In this document: positions 55,253 to 64,000 of the stretch, piece by piece
How the letters are laid out: every line of letters starts with the position of its first letter
Position numbering within the stretch: the stretch's first letter is position 1
Source of the DNA: Octopus sinensis
Taxonomy: Eukaryota
Reading direction: 5' to 3'
Assembly: GCF_006345805.1 (NCBI RefSeq)
Contig: NC_043003.1
Coordinates: 20,026,001-20,090,000, forward strand
Length of the DNA: 64,000 nt
The notes under the pieces: model-generated
What the model saw: the letters and a program-made list of their open reading frames with translations, nothing else
Database searches by the model: none
What the model was told of the DNA's origin: nothing
Program-made: the position numbers and the translations under genes

Positions 55253-55351
55253 TTCCTGTATTCTCGACATATGTTTCGAAGGCTGCATATTCCTAATTTC
55301 GAAGGAATAAGGGGTGCATTATGCCGCATTCTCATCAGGAAAAACAAGGAA
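55253..55351 (-). ncRNA. Type I hammerhead ribozyme (left arm)
   Basis: tcatcag 55332-55338, gtttc 55273-55277, atat 55269-55272 and gac 55266-55268. Confidence 0.82.
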
Positions 55352-55473
55352 CTTATGTCAGCATCAAGATGAAAAAAACTTTTAGATGACTGCCCACACG
55401 GAGCCCATAGCGATAATGGGCTCCGTGTGGGCAGTCATCTAAAAGTTTTTGTTCATCTTGATGCTGACATAAG

Positions 55474-55570
55474 TTCCTTGTTTTTCCTGATGAGAATGCG
55501 GCATAATGCACCCCTTATTCCTTCGAAATTAGGAATGCAGCCTTCGAAACATATGTCGAGAATAGAGGAA
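55474..55570 (+). ncRNA. Type I hammerhead ribozyme (right arm)
   Basis: TTCCTTGTTTTTC-CTGATGA(55487-55493)-GAATGCGGCAT...ATGCAGCCTTC-GAAAC(55546-55550)-ATAT-GTC(55555-55557)-GAGAATAGAGGAA. Confidence 0.82.
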
Positions 55571-55603
55571 TTTTGTTAAATCGTCGTTCAACTCCATTCT
55601 TTC

Positions 55604-55646
<43 letters not shown>

Positions 55647-55648
<2 letters not shown>

Positions 55649-56100
55649 ACTTATAAACAAGGGCAAAAGAAACTAGACACATCATCCATAACCATATAAT
55701 TCATCACTATAAGCACACGTATCGAAAAAAGCCGACACAAATTTCTAAAAAATTCCGTTATTACCATATCGGACCCGATTTCAGAGTTAATCCATAAGAA
55801 CCTTCTCTTCGTCAGTAATAAATGCGACAAAGAAATAAATGAAATACTTATACCCATGGAAGAAGCAAACACTAAGTCATGAGCACAATTAAGTACCCCA
55901 AATTTCTGTCGGCTTTCTTCGAGATACGTGCTTATAGTGATGAATTATATGGTTATGGCCGATGTGTCTAGTTTCAGCACATTTGGCATTGAGAAATGTT
56001 TTTCTTTTGCCCTTGTTTATAAGTTGTTTATAAATTTAACCTTTAAAGGTATTTTCTAATATGCTGGGTATTGAAAAAAATGTTTTCGAAAAATTTTATC

Positions 56101-56103
<3 letters not shown>
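55647..56103. mobile_element. (TA)n-flanked fold-back element (arms ~55647-55744 / 55900-56026), same terminal family as 44575
   Basis: Inverted arms with an internal deletion in the left arm and a ~155-bp spacer. Confidence 0.78.
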
Positions 56104-56151
<48 letters not shown>

Positions 56152-56362
56152 GTGTGTATATGTTGTGCCCCCAACATCGCTTGACAACTGATGGTGGTGT
56201 GTTTGCGTCCCCGTAACTTAGCGATTCGGCAAACGAGAACCGATAGAATAAGTTCTAGGCTTACAAAGAATAAGTCGTGGGGTCGATTTGCTCGACTGAA
56301 GGCGGTGCTCCAGCATGGCCGCAGTTCAATGACTGAAACAAGTAAAAGAGTATATATATATT

Positions 56363-56421
<59 letters not shown>

Positions 56422-56774
56422 ATATACACACACATGTATATATTAAATATGTGTAAACACAAAACCACATATACAGGTGCACACACTCAGACATAGATAT
56501 ATCAGGTACTACCGAGATATTCACCCATTAAGTTAAGACCTAAGAAGTTTTCATCATCTTAATTGCCCAACTTAATATATAACAAAGTATGTCATGATAT
56601 TATAACACACACACACACACACACACACATACACACATGTATGTATAATATATATATATATACATATATACATATATATATATACATATATACATATATA
56701 TATATACATATATATATATATACATATATATATACATGTATGTATGATGTATGTGCAACGAAATTATAGTATAA

Positions 56775-57571
56775 CTAGCAGCATAGCCCGGCGTTGCCCG
56801 GGTATGTAAGAGCCCCTAGTAGGCAACGACTAATCCCAATCTAGTCCTTTCCCTCTAGGGAACGAAGGCGCATGTGTAGGTTGCAATGTCTTCTCTTCAC
56901 TCGAATACTTCTGTGTATACGAATGTTCCTAGCTGTCCCTTTGGGCGATAAAAAGGTCGAGTTGTGTCCCCTAGACGGTTTGTGTTTAATACACAAATCG
57001 GTTTGCTATGTGTGCAACATATGATTTAATTAACCGATTTTTTCCAGTAATAAAGTATCCTATTGAAATAAAAAGGGCCATATAGCTCCTTGGAGCAGAT
57101 ATGATGCTCGCTGTGAATTAAAAAAAAATTCCTGCTAATTTGTGAAAGATATTGTCGAAAAGATGTCATGTTGAATTTGAACGCGATTTCCCAAAATGGC
57201 ATGATTTTATCGATTTTTTCTGATGGTAAGGTATTGCATGGAAAACTAACATCAGAATTAAGTTTCTTAGGGTAACATTAAGCTTCACCATGAGTTTGGT
57301 GAAAATCGATTGCAAGTTGCGAAAACTACGACAGAAAATGTGTTGCATATAAAAAGCTTAGATTCTCGACCCCATGTCGAATTTATAGATTTTTTTCAGA
57401 ACTGGGGGAACTTTTAAAAGTTTTCGCTGCGTTAGTTTTGAATTATGACATTGGGCTATGTGTGTGTCAAGTTTCATCAGAATCGGTTGAAAGCCGTGGT
57501 CAGGGTGAGGGTACAACCTGACAGACACGCAGACACACAGACAGACAAACTGCCGTTTATATATAGAGAGA
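56775..57571 (-). mobile_element. Non-autonomous Helitron
   Basis: CTAG at 56775-56778, hairpin cccggcgttgcccggg, and minus-strand 5' TC(tctctatatataaacggcag) at 57571. Confidence 0.82.
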
Positions 57572-59049
57572 TTATATACACGCATGCATTCATACATCTA
57601 TAGACTTTGCACTCGCATACATACACTGACACAGGCATATATAAATATACATAGAATAAATACTTTAAAAAATTCATAAATATATATAATTATGCGTATA
57701 TGTAAATATATATACGCATGCAAATACATTCATATATTACACATATCCAAAGTCATACATATAAAGAAATGTGCATACGCATACACATACATATACATGT
57801 ACACATCGATAGACACATATAAATATACACATAAATATATGTATACATCCGTACATACATACACATATACGTATACGTGTACACACGTTCATACACACAC
57901 ATATGTATAAACACATAGAGTGTATATAAAGCATCTTTATTGAACCAAATTGTTTTATTCACTCTTTTATTCCTCTCCTTAAATTTGAAGTATTTCTGTT
58001 AAGAATCTATTTTGAGAGAAAAACCATTGATCAAATTGTCTTTCTATGTGTTTCATAACCAGCCTAATATTATGTTTCTTCCCCAAATAGTACAACATAT
58101 TCACTTCTTTCTATTGTTCCCAACTTAATAGGAAGTTATTAATGCATAAAACAAAACTAAATTTAGTTTTGTATGTATTTCCAATTCAGCACAAATTGAA
58201 CTTTCTTTTATAATTCCTGGCTTGGTCAGAGGCAGAGGTTTCGTAATCATAACTATTTTGTAGGGCCAATGAAAATAGTGAAGGGAAAGAGAAGAGCTAT
58301 CGCATTTTTTCGCATACAAGTCGAAATTTTTAGACTAAAATTAGCATCAATAAAAATACTAGGTCGACTTATACACTAAAACAACTTTGGATGAACGAAA
58401 TTTCATGCGAAATGCAGTAGGATTTAAAAAGATAGTGACACTGAATGTTTACACTACGTACTTGCACTATAATACTACATCTACTTGTATGCCTGGAAAT
58501 ATAATAGTTCTAGACTGGTTACTTGGTCCGAAAGTTTGCAACGGAGTGGATATTGCCTATGTTATCTAAAGGCCTGTTGGTGGTGTTAAATCGGATGACT
58601 AATTGAGACTAGCCTTCTTCGTGTTTTCCGTGGAAGAACTCGTCCAAGACTACTGACATATCAACGACGTGGGTTCCAGTTGATCCGCTCAACAGAACAA
58701 CCGGCTCGTGAAAATGTGCAAGTGGCTGAGCACTCCACAGACACGAGTACCCTTAACGTAATTCTCGGGGAGATTCAGCGTTGCACAGAACATGACAAGG
58801 CCAACTCGTTGAATTACTGATATTACTCATTTTTGGCTGCTGAGTGGACTAGAACAACGTGTATTGAGTATCTTGCTCAAGGACATGACGCATCGCCAGG
58901 AATCGAACTCATCACGTCTTAGTCGTGAGCCGATTACCCTAACCACCAAGCCACGCGACTTTACACTGACTTATCACGTCAGTGCAAAAATATATAATTT
59001 GTACTTCGAGAACGAAAGTGGTGGTGGTGGTGGTGGTGGTGGGGGGGTT

Positions 59050-59858
59050 AGTTAATCATATCGACCCCAGTACCTGACTGTACTTAATTAATCGACCTCG
59101 GAAAGATAAAAAGCAAAGTAGACCTCGACGGAATTTGAACTCAAAACGTAGCGACAGGTGAAATGCCGCTAAGTATTTCGTCCAGCGCGCTAACATTTCT
59201 CATTTCCTTACTGTCCACAAGGGGCCACACACCAAGGGGACAAACAAGGACAGACACACGGATTAAGTCGATTACATCGACCCCAGTGCGTAACTGGTAC
59301 TTAATTTACCGACCTCGAAAGGATGAAAGGCAAAATCGACCTCGGCGGAATTTGAACTTAGAACGTACCGGCAGACGAAATACCTATTTCTTTACTACCC
59401 ACAAGGGGCTAAACACAGAGAGGACAAACAAGGACAGACAAACGGATTAAGTCGATTTTATCGACCCCAGTGCGTAACTAGTAACTTATTTAATCGATCC
59501 CGAAAGGATGAAAGGCAAAGTCGACTTCGGCGGATTTGAACTCAGAACGTAGCGGCAGATGAAATATCGCTAAGCATTTCGCCCGGCGTGCTAACGTTTC
59601 TGCCAGCTCGCCGCCTTAACTGGTGTTAAAATAAGAGAAGACATGAAAGCGGAGATCTGGCAGAATCGTTATCACGCCGGACAAAATGCTTAGCGGCATT
59701 TCGTCCGTCTTTACGTTCTGAGTTCAAATTCCGCTGCAGTCGACCTTGTCTTTCATCCTTTCAAGGTTGATAAAATAAGTTCTGTATGAATACTGGGGTC
59801 GAAGTAATCGACATATCCCTCCCTTGAAACTGTTGGCCTTGTGTCAAAATTTGAAATA
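59050..59858. mobile_element. Tandem SINE family B units (minus, 59050-59620) head-to-head with a plus copy (59648-59858)
   Basis: Three repeats of atcgaccccagt..gaaaggcaaagtcgacctcggcggaatttgaact. Confidence 0.8.
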
Positions 59859-60313
59859 AAACTAATAGAAAATATCTACGCAAGAAAGCCGCAGAGTGTG
59901 ATCGAACCCACGAACAAAAGTGCTGATTCAGCATACTTCTTAACAGCATCACCATGCATGTTGTAAAAAACAGCAATACATTTCAAAATTTACTGTAGCG
60001 TCAATACTTACGCATGAAAAACGATTTTAAGAAAAGAAGATTAGGCGATAGACTAATCAATACCAGCTGTTTCATACGCGAGACACTACGTTAATTTAAA
60101 TGTAAAAATAAATTTGACCTGACTAACCGGAACACCTGTTGAAGAGATATTTCTTCGCTTTCTTTTTATATCGCAAGATTTCAAATGCTGCCGGGGGTTG
60201 TGGTGGAGCGATTGTCTGTTATATTTTGTTTACACGTAGCTCAAGCGAAAAAATCTCCATCAGCCTGTTATATCTTCTCTTTCTTTCCCTATCATTTTCG
60301 TTTCTTCCATATA

Positions 60314-60552
60314 CAGTAATCCCTCGCCATATCGCGGTTTGCCTATCGCGGTTCACCTATCGCGGTTTATTGTTTAAGCTTACGTTGATATCTCCGTGGT
60401 GTTGTTTCGTATTTATAATAAAATAGATATATACAAATTATAAAAATAAAAATAAAAAATATATACAGCACAGTACTGTTTCTACTTCGCAGATTTTCAC
60501 CTATCGCGGTGCGTTTTGGAACGTAACACCCGTGATAATCAAGGGATTACTG
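60314..60552. mobile_element. Tigger/pogo-type MITE
   Basis: TA|cagtaatccct ... agggattactg|TA, with internal tatcgcgg repeats. Confidence 0.88.
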
Positions 60553-61129
60553 TACATACTTCTTTCTACTATAAGTACAAAACCTGAAATTTAATGTATG
60601 TGTGTTGGAAATGGGGAGAGAAAAGTCGATTACATCGACCCCAGTGTTTCACTGGTACTTAATTTATCGTAAAGGTAAAGTCGACCTCGGCGGAATTTGA
60701 ACTCAGAACGTTAGATGAAATAACGCTAAGCATTTCGCCCGGCGTGCTAATAACTCTGCCAGATCACCGCCTTGGATTAATGTAGATAATAGCGAAGGCG
60801 TATGGCTAAGTGGTTAAACTACTGGACTTACGATTACAAGGTCGTAGGTAAGATTCGTGGGTCGATTTGCACGTTGTCTCTTTGAGGAAGGGACTTAATT
60901 TCATGCAGAGAAGGAGTACTAGTCAAGTGTTAACGCAGCCCTCTCTCTCTCCCTTCTCTTGATACACTCGGGATGTTCCGATGAGTCGAGATGTTCTATG
61001 TTTACTCACGACGCTGTAGGTAATTTAAATCGATAAGCGAAAGTACAGTAACGTGTCACCAAGTTAAACTCTCTTACGAATTGTGGTTGTAGTTCAGATT
61101 AATATAACTTTGATAACATTGATAGGTTT

Positions 61130-61620
61130 CGGCAAGTATAGGCCCAGGCCATGTCTAACTCAATAGCACCACATGGTGAAGTCTTTTAGTCATATATGGG
61201 GCACTATAGCCCACACTAGCAAAGAGTTATTATGGTTGGAGACATATCCGAGTGTAGGAGGTTGGTCCGGGATTTTTTGAAGAAATTTGTCCAGTGAACA
61301 TTTGAATTCTATGTGATCCGTTTCCATTTTGGCATATTTTGGTATGGACCGGTTGAGGTAATGTAATTGTGACGTAATGTTGTTATGTGTACGGAGTTCG
61401 ATTTTCGTAGTAGGCGGATAGCACGGGAGCCAAGTCTTGGATGGATTTTAAAATTGAGGCCAACAGCATTTGTGCAATATTGATGGAAAATTTTCCACAT
61501 AACACAAATGATGTAGCGCTACTGGTGGCATTGGAGAGAGTAGAGATCGAGTTTTTTAGGCGACCCCAATAATCAATGCCTCTCATGCCGTCTATCTTTC
61601 TTGTCATTGACCTCATTAGC
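61130..61620 (-). pseudogene. CR1/L2-type LINE ORF2 3' end remnant
   Basis: TRKIDGMRGIDYWGRLK / LDLYSLQ / MWKIF / FKCSLDKFLQKIPDQP across frameshifts. Confidence 0.8.
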
Positions 61621-61623
61621 TGC

Positions 61624-62366
61624 CGGTTGAAACTGCGCTTGCGCAGTGAATTTGAAAAGTTATAATATATAATAAGACACGTGTTATTCTTTCTCTAAAT
61701 TATATGTTAGTGTTTTGGCGTAGGCATTGATCAGAACATCGTCTAGCAAATTATTTTATTTGCTAATTAGAGTTCGAAATCTAGGTATGGCTGTAAAAAA
61801 CAAGGTAAACTTTTTCTATTTTTCATTCCCTCCGAAATTGTTCTTAAATGTGGTTTTGGACGTTTTGACAGCTCCTTCTAGCGTGTAACATTTGCCTGTT
61901 AAGGATCGCCTTTTTTTTTTTTGTTTAAATATACACTAATTTTATATGAAAAGTATGTTGTCTATTGACTTTTTATACATGCTAGGCATGTATATATAAG
62001 ATTTTACTAATTTCGGAAGTTTATTCGGCATTTTTCCTTTGTTACCGATTGAAACCGCGCTTGAGCGGTGAATTTGAAAAATTATAATATATAATAAGAC
62101 ACGTGTTATTCTGTCTCTAAATTATATAGTTAGTATTTTGGCGTAGCATTTGATGAGAACTTCACCTGGCAAATTATTTTATTTGCTAATTAGAGTTCGA
62201 AATCTAGGTATGGCTGTAAAAATGAGGTAACATTTTTATTTTTCATTCTCTTCGAAATTGCTCTTAAATTTGGTTTTGGACGTTTTGACTGATCTTTCTA
62301 GCGTGTAAGGCTGCATGTTAAGGATTGCCTTTCTTGTGTGTTTAAATGTACACTTATTTATATGGA
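61624..62366. repeat. Diverged tandem duplication, period 422 bp
   Basis: ttgaaac..gcgcttg..gtgaatttgaaaa at 61627 and 62049, collinear for about 320 bp. Confidence 0.85.
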
Positions 62367-62378
62367 ATATATATATAT

Positions 62379-62538
62379 ACGACAAGCTTCTTTCAGTTTT
62401 CGCCTACCAAATACACTTACAAGACTTTGATCGGTCCGAGGCTATAGTAGACGACACTTGACCAAGGTGTCGCGCAGTGGGACTGAACCTAGACGCGTGT
62501 GTTTGGGAAGCAAGCTTCTTATCACACACCCACGCCTC
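62379..62538 (-). mobile_element. SINE family A 5' half
   Basis: Reverse complement of the tRNA-like head. Confidence 0.75.
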
Positions 62539-62542
62539 CGCT

Positions 62543-62586
<44 letters not shown>

Positions 62587-63724
62587 TAGGGAATAAAAAT
62601 TCGGGCATAACAAAGGTTCAAATTATTCTCAATGAAGAAATATATTTTAATTTAGAGCTAGCAAGCCCCTACATCTCACCAAATAAAAAGAATTTTTATT
62701 TTTATTTTAAATACCTACTGTTTTAAAACCCTTAAGTATGTGTAAAATAGGTATGTTTAAATTATATATATATAAGCGTATTTGCAGAGCTGTTACACCG
62801 CCAGGTAGATTTCTTCCTGCTGTTTTATCTTTGAATTCAAATAATACCAAAGTCAACTTTGCTTTGTCATACTTCTGGAGGCGATAAAGTGCCAGTGAAG
62901 TAGCGGGTTCAATCCTCTGTCTCCCTTCCTTTTTTTATTATAACCTTATTCTCCATCCCTGTCGGTTGTTTCATACCTGAGGAGGGTCGAAAGAGACTAC
63001 GTCCAACATCGTTCTCACAGAAATGAAGGAAGAGGTGCTGTCATTGATTTCCCATGTGTAAGTATTGTGTTTTGAAGGTTACTTACGACAGTAAATCAAG
63101 CCACACCAATCTAAATAAATTATCATCAATGGTAATAGATTCAATTACTGGGTAATCAATAACTGTCGTATCTGATCAATTTCACATCTCTTGACATTTT
63201 GACAAATATCGATTCAATTAGAACTGTAACGATTTCTACTTCAATATATGTCAGCAATTTTCGAGTCGTTGTAATTCACACGAAGTCAACACAGTCTCTC
63301 TGTATGTCTGTCTCTGTCTCTTTCTCTCTTTTTCTGTCTGTCTGTCCTATCTCTCACCCCTCTCTCTCTTATACACACATCTCACACAGACACATATACT
63401 CATGCACACACATATACACATATGTTTACACGTTTTGGATTACAAACGAAAAATCTGTACTCTTATGTAATAGAGAGATTTATACTTTAAACGTGCTTCT
63501 TCATAAACTTTGTGAATAACCGAACGTGTGACTCGGGGTAGCAGCGAAACGAATATTCAGTAAACATTGGTAAAATAATTACCAGACTTAAGAAGATAAG
63601 TACTGAGATCGATATATCGAATAGACTGGGATACTCTTAAAGGCGGTGTCCTAGCATCACCACAACATACTGAATAGAAGAAGTAAAGATAAAAAAAAAT
63701 AAGGTGCATATATTCTTTTAATCT

Positions 63725-64000
63725 TTTATTCTTTTACTTATTTCACCGCCTTTAGTCAAACAAATCGACCCCAGGACTTATTCTTTGTAAGCCTAGTACT
63801 TATTCTATAAATCTCTTTTGCCGAACTGCTAATTTAAGGGGACGTAAACACACCAGCATCGGTTGTCAAGCGATGGTGGGGAGGGGGACAAACACAGACA
63901 CACGCACACACACACATACACACACACACACATAGACACACACACATATATATACGACGGGTTTCTTTCAGTTTCCGTCTACCAAATCCATTCGAAAAAG
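63725..64000 (-). mobile_element. SINE family A, running off the window end
   Basis: 3' half, (CA)n and the start of the 5' half. Confidence 0.8.

Larger units (their letters stand above)
55065..55608. mobile_element. (TA)n-flanked fold-back element with a hammerhead ribozyme in each arm
   Basis: Arms 55215-55408 and 55416-55608, 7-nt loop agcgata, unpaired extension 55065-55214, and (TA)n on both sides. Confidence 0.9.

Noticed and set aside
62976-63003. CTGAGGA-gggtc-GAAA hammerhead-like match
   Set aside because: No stem I pairing and only a 1-bp stem II; likely chance.

Overview
AT-rich eukaryotic non-coding DNA, either intergenic or a large intron. It is most likely octopus/coleoid, inferred from the tRNA-derived SINE families and the extreme microsatellite load. 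One 100-N assembly gap lies at 35399-35498. No host protein-coding gene is supportable, and almost all supplied ORFs are translations of microsatellites or SINEs. Real coding remnants all come from transposons: a full-length dead mariner (20801-22068), a second mariner 3' end, a pogo/Tigger DDE fragment, two CR1/L2-type RT fragments and an RTE-type RT fragment. There are also four non-autonomous Helitrons, a Tigger-type MITE and dozens of SINE copies from about four families. The main discovery is a set of short non-coding inserts, about 100-700 bp, sitting in or beside (TA)n arrays. They belong to several unrelated sequence families, and many are fold-back (inverted) duplications. At least seven families carry a type I hammerhead ribozyme fold (stem I-CUGANGA-stem II-GAAAC-palindromic stem III-GUH-stem I). 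The best examples are 17478-17576(-), 55474-55570(+) with 55253-55351(-), 8237-8284(-), 35669-35704(-) and 18016-18050(-). This fits a diverse, microsatellite-targeting, non-autonomous Penelope-like or retrozyme-like ribozyme system. All structures were read by eye; no folding or database search was run.
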